Below are positions 1 to 9,526 of a stretch of 50,315 bases of DNA, one piece after another. The translations under genes and the position numbers were made by a program. Position 1 is the first letter of the stretch, and the number at the start of each line of letters is the position of its first letter. This DNA comes from an uncultured bacterium (GTDB lineage: Bacteria; UBP7; UBA6624): contig CAXGSM010000010.1 of the NCBI GenBank assembly GCA_964012435.1, positions 1 to 50,315 of the forward strand, in the 5' to 3' direction. The notes under the pieces are model-generated. The model was not told where the DNA came from and did no database searches. It was given only the letters and a program-made list of their open reading frames with translations.

Positions 1-1
1 T

Positions 2-55
2 TGGTGGAATGTTGTTGACTGGAATGCTGTAGAGGAAAGATGCAATAATTGCTGA
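2..55 (+). CDS. Fe/Mn superoxide dismutase, C-terminal end (partial, runs in from the window edge)
   Basis: Frame 2 reads WWNVVDWNAVEERCNNC*, matching the typical W-W-N-V-V-[ND]-W terminus of Fe/Mn SODs; only 17 codons visible. Confidence 0.75.
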   Translation, partial: WWNVVDWNAVEERCNNC

Positions 56-95
56 GTGGATTTGGTTATTATCGCTGGTTATTGCTGCTGTTCTT

Positions 96-299
96 TTGAA
101 GCTGCTTGCTCAGTCGGTCTCTTCTTTATGGATATGGCTCATCGGTAAGAAGAAAGATTCAAATCTGCGAAAATTCTTTAAAAAAAATCCTTTATCGTGG
201 CTGGTTGTGGTTGGTTTGTTTTTTCTTTTAGAACCGCTTATAAATCTGCTCTGGTGGATTTTGATGATCATCTTTACCCTAATTTCAGGTGCTTTATGA
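96..299 (+). CDS. Small membrane protein, hypothetical
   Basis: Hydrophobic segments separated by a Lys-rich loop; frame is open from position 33 and encodes a further hydrophobic stretch (IIAEWIWLLSLVIAAVLL), so the true start may be upstream. Confidence 0.55.
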   Translation: MKLLAQSVSSLWIWLIGKKKDSNLRKFFKKNPLSWLVVVGLFFLLEPLINLLWWILMIIFTLISGAL

Positions 300-327
300 A
301 CATAATTGACTATTTTTATATTTTGAT

Positions 328-1866
328 TTAGTCTCCCCAGGAAAATATTTCTGGATTTGGCAGCTTGTAAATTCTTGCTTTTGTGTTGTTTCCCCATTTA
401 ACGGGAATTCCATCTTCAAGCAGAATCCATCCCCAATTTATTGCATCTTCATTTAATTTTGGGATGGTAGTTTTTTTTGCTGAAATTAAGAATATTTCTT
501 TGCTTGAGGCTAAAACAAGATAGCTTTTTTCAGTCCAGTTTCTTTCTGTTCCGTCTGGAAGTGTTATTTTTTCTCTATTTGGCCATGAGATTCCACCAGG
601 CCCAATTGAAGTTATTGTGTTTTTTGGCTGAATCCATTCAGTTTCAGTTAAGTTTATGGATTCAAAAATAAGAGGAATGCCTGAGTCTCTTTCAAGTTCG
701 CCCGGAAACCAAAAATCAGGATCAATCATTAGATATCTAGGAATCCACTTTAACATTATTTTGTGGATTGAGTTTCCACTTTGGATATTTAGATTTTCGT
801 TTGTTTTTTTATTGCTGTTAGATATTATGACATCTAGTTTCCTTTTGCATTTTCCATTCCATTCAGTATAAATTGACAGTTCATAACCATCATTCAACCT
901 TGCTACTTTTGTTTTTGTTATTTTTAACTGTGACCATTTTTCTTCAACACATTCATCTTTATTCCTGTTTGAATATTCAGACATAACAGTTTTAAGTTTG
1001 ATTTCATCTTTTCCATTTGTTCTTTGCAGATGTGCTCTGTCGTTTATCCTTCTGGACAAGGGTGTAAATTTTTTATTTAAATATGAATTTAAAATTCTTC
1101 CCTTGGGGTCTTCAAGTATAGGCTTTTCTACATCTTCCCATTGATAGATAAGATGTTTATTTATTTCTGAAAATATAGGTTTGTTTTCAAGATAATTTTT
1201 AGGAACAATAATTAATCCTTTTTGGCTATACCAATCCTCACCTTCTAAGATGACGATCTTTTGAGGATTTTGGTAGCTTGTTTTTTGTTGGATTTCTTCC
1301 AAAGATGATTCAATGATGTCAATCCATTCTTTATGATTTGTTTTTAATTGTTTTGATATTATTTTTAAATTAGAGCTTTCTGTCAGTTTGGTGTCTTCAT
1401 CTATTTCAAAAAGTTTATTTCCAAGATCGCACAGATAAATTAAATCATTTTGATTTTTTTCAGAGTTGAGTATGATTTTTTCCGTTCCTTTTAAATTAAA
1501 CGTAGAACATCCTTTTTGATTTTTGTTTAAAGGAAGTAAGCCTTTTTTAAAGTCGAATTCATTATAGGAATCATGCTTTTTGCCAAAAAAACCTGAATAT
1601 TCAATTGTTATTTCGTATTCTCCTTCAGGAATGGAGGCTAAATTCCAGCCTGATAAATCATTTTGAGTTTCTTTTTTCTCGTAATAAAGGCTTGTTCCGC
1701 CTCTTGTGAAAAAGATTTCTTCTATTTGAAAGTTTTCTGAAATATAAAAATCAATATTTTCTTCTTTTTTCTGAATCAAGCAAGTAGCAGACCCTTTGAT
1801 TAATGAGTTTTTTTGTAATTCAATTTCAGAATTGCAATTTAAGAAAAAATATTCAAGAAAAAGCAT
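328..1866 (-). CDS. Hypothetical protein, degenerate M1 aminopeptidase-like
   Basis: 512 aa; YEITIEYSG, PQKIVILE, ...LIYQW and PRYLMIDPDFWFP occur in M1 order, but there is no HExxH. Confidence 0.6.
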   Translation of the reverse strand: MLFLEYFFLNCNSEIELQKNSLIKGSATCLIQKKEENIDFYISENFQIEEIFFTRGGTSLYYEKKETQNDLSGWNLASIPEGEYEITIEYSGFFGKKHDSYNEFDFKKGLLPLNKNQKGCSTFNLKGTEKIILNSEKNQNDLIYLCDLGNKLFEIDEDTKLTESSNLKIISKQLKTNHKEWIDIIESSLEEIQQKTSYQNPQKIVILEGEDWYSQKGLIIVPKNYLENKPIFSEINKHLIYQWEDVEKPILEDPKGRILNSYLNKKFTPLSRRINDRAHLQRTNGKDEIKLKTVMSEYSNRNKDECVEEKWSQLKITKTKVARLNDGYELSIYTEWNGKCKRKLDVIISNSNKKTNENLNIQSGNSIHKIMLKWIPRYLMIDPDFWFPGELERDSGIPLIFESINLTETEWIQPKNTITSIGPGGISWPNREKITLPDGTERNWTEKSYLVLASSKEIFLISAKKTTIPKLNEDAINWGWILLEDGIPVKWGNNTKARIYKLPNPEIFSWGD

Positions 1867-1898
1867 AATTAGATTTTAACCATAGTAGGATTTAATAG
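1867..1898. promoter_or_regulatory. Divergent pair of putative -10 elements (leaderless geometry)
   Basis: Minus TAAAAT (1878-1873) is 6 nt before ATG 1866; plus TAGGAT (1886-1891) is 7 nt before ATG 1899 (its AGGA could alternatively be a weak SD). Confidence 0.45.
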
Positions 1899-2354
1899 AT
1901 GAACAAAATAACCATAATCAAAGAAGATGATCTAGATGATGATAATTTTTCTAAAATTTTAAGAGCCTCTATCAAGAAGCTAAAAAAAAGATGGCCAATC
2001 CTTTTCCCATTGGGGTTTATGGGTGATGTGAACAGGCCTTTAGGCATTTTTCCAAACCTAAACGGTCTTTGTTTTTTCGAAAAAGATAATTTAAAGAGCC
2101 TTAGCAAAAAAGAATTAAAAGTTTATACGACAGAGTGGTGTGGGGATTGCAAGGTTTTGTATAAATATTTCTCACAGAGAAGTGTAAATTATGAAACTTT
2201 CGATATAGACATTCACGAGGATTGCTTAAAAGAGGTTCTTTTGATCTCTCTTGGCAGAAGAGTTATTCCAACTTTAGATTATGGTGATTTTGTTCTTATA
2301 AACCCTCCAATTAGTGTTCTGGAGCAGGCATATAGGAAAAAGGAGCTATCTTAA
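1899..2354 (+). CDS. Glutaredoxin/NrdH/mycoredoxin-like protein with N-terminal extension
   Basis: VYTTEWCGDC active site and GRRVIPTL cis-Pro motif; about 70 extra N-terminal residues. Confidence 0.8.
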   Translation: MNKITIIKEDDLDDDNFSKILRASIKKLKKRWPILFPLGFMGDVNRPLGIFPNLNGLCFFEKDNLKSLSKKELKVYTTEWCGDCKVLYKYFSQRSVNYETFDIDIHEDCLKEVLLISLGRRVIPTLDYGDFVLINPPISVLEQAYRKKELS

Positions 2355-2358
2355 CTGA

Positions 2359-2919
2359 ATGAAATCTAGAATTCCTCCAGGTCAAGTCTTGGTTAAAAAA
2401 TGGCCCAGATTAGACATTAACCCTCCGGATAATTCGGTCAGTTTAAGAGATTGGAAGATTAAAATTTTTGGAAATGTTGAAAACCCTGTTGAATTGAGCT
2501 TTGAAGATCTTTATGACTTGGGTCCTGTTAATTTAAGCTCTGATTTGCACTGTGTAACACATTGGAGCCTTCTAGACAATGCGTGGGAAGGCATTCCTAT
2601 ATCTAAAGTCTTGGATCATGTTGGCTTGAAAAAAGATTCAAAATGCATTATGTGTTATGGCCTGGTTGATTATTCGACAAATGTGAATATAAAGGATGCT
2701 GTTATGGATTCAAGCTTGATTGTATGGAGTCGCAACGGAAAAGAGATACCTTACGAGAATGGTGGGCCCGTAAGATTCATAATTCCACATCTTTACCTAT
2801 GGAAAAGTGCTAAATGGGCTACAGGAATTGAAGTCATGACTCAGGAAAAATTAGGTTTTTGGGAAACTAGAGGGTATCATAATAAAGGAGATCCTTGGCT
2901 GGAAGAAAGGTTCTCTTGA
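2359..2919 (+). CDS. Sulfite oxidase-like molybdopterin oxidoreductase (YuiH-like)
   Basis: RIPPGQ start, DLHCVTHWS Mo-ligand Cys, GGPVR..PHLYLWKSAKW, GFWETRGYH..GDPW.EER. Confidence 0.92.
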   Translation: MKSRIPPGQVLVKKWPRLDINPPDNSVSLRDWKIKIFGNVENPVELSFEDLYDLGPVNLSSDLHCVTHWSLLDNAWEGIPISKVLDHVGLKKDSKCIMCYGLVDYSTNVNIKDAVMDSSLIVWSRNGKEIPYENGGPVRFIIPHLYLWKSAKWATGIEVMTQEKLGFWETRGYHNKGDPWLEERFS

Positions 2920-2931
2920 AAGGAGACTATC

Positions 2932-4110
2932 ATGAGTAAAGTTGTTTTTGTTGGAGGTAAAAGAACCCCATTTGGAGGTTATTTAGAAAGCTTAGCAAGG
3001 GTTCCCGCTAATGACCTTGGTTCGCATGCTGCAAAAGCAGCTATAAAAGATTCTGGCATTGACTCTTCTGACTTTGATGCTTGTGTTTTTGGCATGGTTG
3101 GACAGACTGACAGTAATGCTTATTATTGCGCTAGACATGTTGCCTTGAATGCAGGCATACCGATTGAGAAACCGGCTCTTACGGTGAATCGGCTATGTGG
3201 TTCTGGAGCAGAATCGATAGTTCAGGGAGCGTATTTGCTGGAAAGAGGGGATGCTGACGTGGTTTTGGTCGGTGGTACTGAATCAATGAGTAGAGCTTTT
3301 CACTACACTCATGGCATTAGGTCCGGACAGAAATGGGGATCTTTAGAGTTGAGAGATTTTTTATGGGATAGTTTGACAGATGGATACTGCAAATTACCTA
3401 TGGCAATAACAGCAGAAAATTTAGCAGATGATTTTTCAATCTCAAGAGAAGAGTGTGAAGAGTTTGCAGTTTTGACACAAGAAAGATATCAAAATGCTTT
3501 AAAACAGGGTTATTTTGATGGTGAAATAGAGCCGATAGAGGTAGGTAAAGGTAGTCGTGCAAAAATGATTCAAAATGATGAACATCCAAAAGCTGATACA
3601 AATCTTAAATCATTAGCAAAATTAAGGTCTGTATTTAAAGAAAACGGAACCGTAACAGCAGGAACTGCTAGTGGCGTGGTGGATGGAGCTTGTGCTTTAG
3701 TTATGACCACGGAAGATGTAGCCAAAAGAAAAAATTTGGAAATAATGGGAAGTTTAGTTTCCTGGGGCCATGCAGGGGTTAGCCCTGACAGGATGGGTTA
3801 TGGTCCTGTTCCAAGTAGTGAAAAAGCTTTGAGTGTAGCTGATTGCACTGTTAATGATTTAAAAAGAGTTGAAATAAATGAAGCATTTGTTCCTCAGTAT
3901 ATTGCTGTTGAAAAAGGGTTGAAGTTAAATAGAGATATTACTAATTCTTGGGGTGGAGCAACTGCAATCGGACATCCATTAGGAGCAACTGGGTCCAGAC
4001 TAACATTAACCTGCTTAAGGCAGTTAAAAATTTTAGATGGTGGAGGCTTAGGTCTTATTTCAATGTGTATTGGTGGAGGCCAAGGTATATCTTTAATCGT
4101 TGAGGTTTAA
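2932..4110 (+). CDS. Acetyl-CoA C-acyltransferase (thiolase)
   Basis: NRLCGSG, EINEAF, GHPLGATG and MCIGGGQG motifs; AAGGAG SD. Confidence 0.96.
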   Translation: MSKVVFVGGKRTPFGGYLESLARVPANDLGSHAAKAAIKDSGIDSSDFDACVFGMVGQTDSNAYYCARHVALNAGIPIEKPALTVNRLCGSGAESIVQGAYLLERGDADVVLVGGTESMSRAFHYTHGIRSGQKWGSLELRDFLWDSLTDGYCKLPMAITAENLADDFSISREECEEFAVLTQERYQNALKQGYFDGEIEPIEVGKGSRAKMIQNDEHPKADTNLKSLAKLRSVFKENGTVTAGTASGVVDGACALVMTTEDVAKRKNLEIMGSLVSWGHAGVSPDRMGYGPVPSSEKALSVADCTVNDLKRVEINEAFVPQYIAVEKGLKLNRDITNSWGGATAIGHPLGATGSRLTLTCLRQLKILDGGGLGLISMCIGGGQGISLIVEV

Positions 4111-5303
4111 TGAGATTTAAGTTTTTAGCTTTATTTGTCTTTTTATTTTTTGCTGGCTGTGAGTTGCTAGTTTCGCTTAACGAATCTTCAGCAGACTCAT
4201 TGGAGCTAGAAGTGATTAAGGATGATCTTGAATCTTTAAACGAAAATGAATCCAGGATTTTTTTTACAAAAGATCTCAAAGGTTTTATAGATATTTGTGG
4301 GTGTTCGGAAGACATGGCCGGAGGTCTTCCAAGAATAGCTTCTCTTAAGAGTAAATATCAAAATTCAATATGGGTTGATCTTGGAAATTGGGCTCATGAT
4401 GAAGATCATAAAGATCCGGTTCCGGAAGTTACATCAGAAATTATGAATAGTTTTTTTGAGGATCATGTGGGGTATGACATTGTTGTAGATGAATTTTCAA
4501 ATACTAATAATGATTTGCAAAATGTAATTTTTGATCTTGGCGACAACCAAAATCAAGTAAGGTTTACTTATATACCTAAAGACAATAATCTTTGTTTAGA
4601 TGGCAATGATTTTAATGACTTCAAAGATTTTTTTACAAGTTCTGAAAATGTGCATGTTTTAATTAGTAATTGTTCTATCGAGTCAAATCAAATAATTGCA
4701 AAATATATACATGAAAGCAATAATTCAAATATGTACTTGGTCGGAAGCTCTAATGAGGATAGGGGGGTCTTGTCTGATATTTGGTCCCCTCCTATATTAC
4801 CTTTTGGGCAAGAGGTTGGATCTCTTGATGTTGCTTCTATGATTTTTGACAGAATTTACATGAGTTCAAAATGGAAAGATGATGATTCAGTTGTTGAAAT
4901 GATAGCTTTGGTCCGCGAAGAAGGTTTTAAGGATAGGGTTCCTGTAAATAAACAAGAAAGCTTAAATTCTGAATTTTGCATGAATTGCCATCAGGATTCT
5001 TATGATGTTTGGAAGGATTCAAAACATGCTCATGCTTGGGAGACACTTGTTGACAGAGATGTAACATTGCGTCCAGACTGTGTGGGCTGTCATGTGACAA
5101 ATTGGGATCATGAAGACCTTTCATACTCTTATGTAAATGTTGGATGTGTAGCTTGCCATCAGGGAAATCCGATTCAGCATTCAATCAAGCCATCAAAAAA
5201 TAAGCTTGTTGCAAGTTTTGAAACATGTAGTTCTTGCCATAGGCCAGATCATTCAACATTATTTAGCGTTAAAGGTTATTGGCCACAAATACAACATCCT
5301 TGA
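4110..5303 (+). CDS. Lipoprotein with degenerate UshA/metallophosphoesterase-like domain and tetraheme c-type cytochrome domain
   Basis: Lipobox FAGC; DLKGFIDICGC..GGLPR..VDLGN; four CxxCH (CMNCH, CVGCH, CVACH, CSSCH); WKDSKHAHAW c554-like segment. Confidence 0.85.
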   Translation: MRFKFLALFVFLFFAGCELLVSLNESSADSLELEVIKDDLESLNENESRIFFTKDLKGFIDICGCSEDMAGGLPRIASLKSKYQNSIWVDLGNWAHDEDHKDPVPEVTSEIMNSFFEDHVGYDIVVDEFSNTNNDLQNVIFDLGDNQNQVRFTYIPKDNNLCLDGNDFNDFKDFFTSSENVHVLISNCSIESNQIIAKYIHESNNSNMYLVGSSNEDRGVLSDIWSPPILPFGQEVGSLDVASMIFDRIYMSSKWKDDDSVVEMIALVREEGFKDRVPVNKQESLNSEFCMNCHQDSYDVWKDSKHAHAWETLVDRDVTLRPDCVGCHVTNWDHEDLSYSYVNVGCVACHQGNPIQHSIKPSKNKLVASFETCSSCHRPDHSTLFSVKGYWPQIQHP

Positions 5304-5332
5304 CTTAATTGCGTTAGAATACCTAGTTTGTT

Positions 5333-6088
5333 ATGGTAGAGAAAAACACAAACGAAAAAGTAATTTCAAGAAGAGAACTATTGGAGTCAGGTGTTCATTT
5401 TGGTCATCCCAAATCAATGTGGAATCCAAAAATGAAACCTTATGTTTTCCAGGTTAGAAAAGGTGTTCATATTCTTGATTTAAGTAAAACTATATCCAAA
5501 TTAGAAGAAGCTTATTATCTTGTTATGGATATAGTCCAGGAAGGCGGCAAAGTTTTGTTTGTTGGCACAAAGAAGCAAGCAAGGGAGTCTATTCAAAACA
5601 TAGCTGATGATTGCAATATGCCTCATTTGACACGAAGGTGGCCAGGTGGATTTTTGACAAACTGGGATCAGATTAGCTCAACTTTAGAAAATTTGAGACA
5701 GTTTGAAGAAGGTTTGCTTGATGAAAAAATGTCAAAAATGACAAAAAGAGAAAGAGGAATATATAAAACAAAAATTGATAGAAATAAAAGAGTATTTGGC
5801 GGTGCTTTGAATCTTCAATCTCCACCACATTGTCTATTTGTTTCTGATGTGAATCACGACAGAATAGCCATCTTGGAAGCTAGGAAAGCTGGAATACCTG
5901 TTATTGCCATACTTGACTCAAACAGTAATCCAGACCATGTAACTATTGGAATTCCTGGAAATGATGATGCTGTTGGAAGTATTTCACTACTTGCAGGCAA
6001 GATTGCTGAGGCAGTTAGAAATGGACACACTGCAAAGAAAGCTTCTGCTGAGCAGGCTGAAGATACAGAAGAACAACAAGAGGTTTAA
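5333..6088 (+). CDS. rpsB: 30S ribosomal protein S2
   Basis: LLESGVHFGH, WNPKMKPY, FVGTKKQA, IPGNDDA. Confidence 0.98.
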   Translation: MVEKNTNEKVISRRELLESGVHFGHPKSMWNPKMKPYVFQVRKGVHILDLSKTISKLEEAYYLVMDIVQEGGKVLFVGTKKQARESIQNIADDCNMPHLTRRWPGGFLTNWDQISSTLENLRQFEEGLLDEKMSKMTKRERGIYKTKIDRNKRVFGGALNLQSPPHCLFVSDVNHDRIAILEARKAGIPVIAILDSNSNPDHVTIGIPGNDDAVGSISLLAGKIAEAVRNGHTAKKASAEQAEDTEEQQEV

Positions 6089-6090
6089 GC

Positions 6091-6711
6091 ATGGATAAAA
6101 CAGCAATAATGGAAATAAGAAAAAGAACTGGTGCTGGTTTGTCTTTATGCAAAAAAGCAGCAATCGAAAATGAAGGCGATATTGAAAAAGCTGTAAGATG
6201 GATAGGTGCACAAGGTGCTGCTATAGCAAGCTCAAAAGGCGGAAGATCAACTGGTGAAGGACGTGTTGGCTCTTATGTTCACTCATTAAATCCAAAACTT
6301 TGTGCAATTGTAGATTTAGCTTGCGAAACTGATTTTGTTGCCAGGACAGATGCTTTTATAGTTTTTGCTGATGATTTAGCTAAGCATGTAGTTGCTTATA
6401 AGCCTGATTATTTGGATGAAGATTCTTTGCCTAAGGATTTTAAAAAAGAATTAATTGATGGCTTCCTTAAAAAGGCTGAAGAGGAAGGGAAACCTGAAAA
6501 TGTTAGGCAAAAAATTGCAGATGGACGTTTCAACAAATGGAAAGCAGAAAATTGCTTTATGGATCAGATATGGATTAAAGACCCTGAGGAAAAAATGACA
6601 GTTAAACAAGCTGTTGAAGCTCAGGTTGCAGTAATAAAGGAAAACATTAAAGTAAGAGCTTTTGTGTTTATGGAAGCTGGAGGAAGTGTCACAGTCTCTC
6701 AAAAAATCTAG
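6091..6711 (+). CDS. tsf: Elongation factor Ts, short form
   Basis: IRKRTGAG..CKKA, CETDFVA; 206 aa; follows rpsB. Confidence 0.97.
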   Translation: MDKTAIMEIRKRTGAGLSLCKKAAIENEGDIEKAVRWIGAQGAAIASSKGGRSTGEGRVGSYVHSLNPKLCAIVDLACETDFVARTDAFIVFADDLAKHVVAYKPDYLDEDSLPKDFKKELIDGFLKKAEEEGKPENVRQKIADGRFNKWKAENCFMDQIWIKDPEEKMTVKQAVEAQVAVIKENIKVRAFVFMEAGGSVTVSQKI

Positions 6712-7399
6712 GGTTTTACTTAAACTCTCTGGCGAATTTTTTCAAGGCCATTCTGATTTTGGTTTTGATTTTCCTGAAATAAAAAAATTAGCTGAAAGGA
6801 TTGTTGAATCATGCAGCAATAGTGAATTAGCCTTAGTTATAGGTGGCGGAAATTTATTTAGAGGTGCTCCTGCTACAGAGTATGGTGTTGAACGTGCATC
6901 AGCTGATAGTGCTGGCATGTTGGCAACTGTTATGAATGCATTAATTTTTCAATCTTTCTTAGAGGATGCTGGAAGGGAGACAAGAGTTATGACTGCGGTT
7001 GAAATGAGACAGCTTGCAGAACCATTTATCAGAAGAAGAGCATTGAGGCATTTGCAAAAAGGAAGGATAGTAATTCTTGCTTGCGGTACTGGTAATCCAT
7101 ATTTCACAACTGATTCAGCTGCAGCTTTAAGAGCAGCTGAGTTAAAGTGTGAGATTTTAATCAAAGCAACTTCTGTTAATGGGGTCTATACAGACGATCC
7201 TAAAAAGAATCCGCAAGCCAAACATATAGACACATTGACTTACAAGCATTTCTTGATGGAAAATTATAAGGTAATGGATTCTGCTGCAATATCTATATGC
7301 AGAGACAATAAGATACCTATTAGGGTTTTTAGTATTTTTGAGAAAGATTCTTTAAACAAGGCTATTAAGGGAAAAAATATAGGAACATTGATTAAATAA
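6686..7399 (+). CDS. pyrH: UMP kinase
   Basis: RVLLKLSGE, GGGNLFRG, GTGNPYFTTD; start uncertain (GTG 6686 or TTG 6662). Confidence 0.97.
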   Translation: MSQSLKKSRVLLKLSGEFFQGHSDFGFDFPEIKKLAERIVESCSNSELALVIGGGNLFRGAPATEYGVERASADSAGMLATVMNALIFQSFLEDAGRETRVMTAVEMRQLAEPFIRRRALRHLQKGRIVILACGTGNPYFTTDSAAALRAAELKCEILIKATSVNGVYTDDPKKNPQAKHIDTLTYKHFLMENYKVMDSAAISICRDNKIPIRVFSIFEKDSLNKAIKGKNIGTLIK

Positions 7400-7400
7400 A

Positions 7401-7961
7401 ATGGAATTAGAAGATATTATTGAGCTTTTTGAAATTTCAGGCGAAGAGGCTGTTGAGTATCTTGGTTCTGAATATTTAAAACTACATGCGGGAAGGGCTA
7501 ATGTATCTGCATTTGAAAAAGTGATGATTGAAGTTCCCTCATGGGAAGGGTCCTTTAAACTTCAAGACTTAGGTATTCTGTCTATCCAAGACGCTTTGAC
7601 AATTATGTTAAATTTATTTGATTCGTCAATAGGAAAAGAGGTTGAAAAGGGAATTATTAGAGAAAATTTAGATGTTTCAGTTTCACATAATGATGGAAGA
7701 ATTTTTTTAAAACTGCCACCTTTAACTCAGGAAACTAGGGTGCAGCTTTCAAAAAGAGTTAAGGAAATATCAGAAGAAACAAAGATCAAGATAAGAAACT
7801 TAAGAAGAGAAGCAAGATCATCCCTTCAGGGTTTAAAGGATGAGCTTGGAGAAGATGAAATTAAAAGAAACGAAGATCGAATTGATGATACAAGAATTTC
7901 TTTAGAAAATAGGATTGAAGAGATTTATCAATCTAAAAACAAAAGCATCCTGAATAATTAA
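7401..7961 (+). CDS. frr: Ribosome recycling factor
   Basis: GRAN, LPPLTQETR, IRNLRR; canonical position after pyrH. Confidence 0.93.
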   Translation: MELEDIIELFEISGEEAVEYLGSEYLKLHAGRANVSAFEKVMIEVPSWEGSFKLQDLGILSIQDALTIMLNLFDSSIGKEVEKGIIRENLDVSVSHNDGRIFLKLPPLTQETRVQLSKRVKEISEETKIKIRNLRREARSSLQGLKDELGEDEIKRNEDRIDDTRISLENRIEEIYQSKNKSILNN

Positions 7962-7973
7962 TAGGATATATCT

Positions 7974-8675
7974 ATGTTGAATGTTCCTAATCATGTGGCT
8001 ATTATCATGGATGGCAACGGTAGATGGGCAGAAAAAAAGGGCATGGATAGGTTTCAAGGGCATCAGCAAGGTGCGGAAACTGCAAGATCAATAATAAAAA
8101 AAAGTGGAAAGCTGGGCATAAACTGGCTAACTCTTTATGCTTTTTCAATTGAAAATTGGGCTAGGCCAGAAAAAGAAAAAAGCAGTCTTTTTAGCCTGAT
8201 GGTCAAATCTCTTTCCGAGGAATTGCCTTTATTGCTAAAAGAAGGTATAAGATTCAGAATGATAGGAGATAAAAGAAATTTGCCGAAGAATTTAATAAAG
8301 ATAATTGAGAAAGCAGAATACATAACGAGAAAAAATTCTGATTTGAATCTGTCTGTTTGTGTAAATTACTCAGGAAAAAATGAAATTATTGAATCTGTCA
8401 ATAAGATATTGAAAGATTTTTCTAAAGAGAATCCTGAATGTTTTCATTTAGATGATTCATTTTTTAAAAAAAATATGCACTCTTCAGAATTGCCAGAAGT
8501 TGATCTCCTTTTGAGGACTGGTGGAGAAAAAAGGATATCTAATTTTCTTTTATGGGATATAGCGTATTCAGAACTTTTTTTCACAGATACACTTTGGCCT
8601 GATTTTTCAAATGACGAGTTTTGTAAAATCCTTGACGAATTTAATTTAAGAGAGAGAAGGTATGGAAATGTTTAA
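7974..8675 (+). CDS. uppS: Undecaprenyl/polyprenyl diphosphate synthase
   Basis: HVAIIMDGNGRWA, YAFSIENW, RTGGEKRISNFLLW. Confidence 0.97.
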   Translation: MLNVPNHVAIIMDGNGRWAEKKGMDRFQGHQQGAETARSIIKKSGKLGINWLTLYAFSIENWARPEKEKSSLFSLMVKSLSEELPLLLKEGIRFRMIGDKRNLPKNLIKIIEKAEYITRKNSDLNLSVCVNYSGKNEIIESVNKILKDFSKENPECFHLDDSFFKKNMHSSELPEVDLLLRTGGEKRISNFLLWDIAYSELFFTDTLWPDFSNDEFCKILDEFNLRERRYGNV

Positions 8676-9525
8676 AAAAGAAATTAAACAAAGGCTTTTT
8701 TATGGTTTTTCTCTTGGGATATTAACTATATTGATATTAAATGAAGGTGGTATTTTGCTTTTGATTGCAACAATGTGGGTTGCTGCAAGCGGATTGAGAG
8801 AATTTTATAGACTTGTTAGAGCCGAAGGTGGGAGGACTTTTGACCTTGTTGGTTATCCCTTGGCTGCGATAATGATAATCATTGCTTTTTTTGCAGAAAC
8901 TAGTCAGAATTTCACTTATGAAAGTGCAGGCTTGCTTTCTACAGTGTATATTTTATTAGTTTCAATTGCTAATATTGTCAGAGCCTTCCAAAAGAAACCT
9001 TTGTATAAGATTTCCGAAATATCAATAACGTTTTTTGGCATCTTTCTTACAGCAGGTCTTCTTTCTTATGTTTTTAAGTTACACCCTTTGGGTTCTTTTT
9101 TATTCCCTGAAAAAGGTAATTATTTAATTTTTGTTCCTATGATTGGAGCATGGGCTTATGATAGTGCAGCATTTTTTTCAGGAAAGTATTTTGGAAAAAA
9201 TAATTATCTGTCAACTGTAAGTAAAAAAACATGGGAAGGAACTGTTGGGGGTCTTTTCGGATCTTCTTTTGGAATGGCTTTATTTGCCTATATGTCTGGC
9301 ATGGGAACACCTCAAAATTTATTTTTTTGGTGGATTACAGGTTTGATTTTGGGGCTTGTTGCACAGTTAGGTGATTTAGCATTCTCTGTTTTGAAAAGAG
9401 AAAAGCTTATGAAAGATTATGGAAGCTCTATACCAGGTCATGGAGGCATCCTTGACAGAATGGATAGCTTTTTGTTTGTGCTGCCTGTAAGTTATTATTT
9501 GATTAAATTATTTTTTATTGGTTAA
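8662..9525 (+). CDS. cdsA: Phosphatidate cytidylyltransferase
   Basis: SKKTWEG, GDL..S.LKR, KDYG..IPGHGGILDRMDS; multiple TM segments. Confidence 0.95.
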   Translation: MEMFKKEIKQRLFYGFSLGILTILILNEGGILLLIATMWVAASGLREFYRLVRAEGGRTFDLVGYPLAAIMIIIAFFAETSQNFTYESAGLLSTVYILLVSIANIVRAFQKKPLYKISEISITFFGIFLTAGLLSYVFKLHPLGSFLFPEKGNYLIFVPMIGAWAYDSAAFFSGKYFGKNNYLSTVSKKTWEGTVGGLFGSSFGMALFAYMSGMGTPQNLFFWWITGLILGLVAQLGDLAFSVLKREKLMKDYGSSIPGHGGILDRMDSFLFVLPVSYYLIKLFFIG

Positions 9526-9526
9526 T

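Noticed and set aside
4290..4310. Selenocysteine at the UshA-like CG[C/U] motif, or stop-codon recoding in general
   Set aside because: Both codons are TGT; TGA, TAA and TAG all end conserved genes at expected positions
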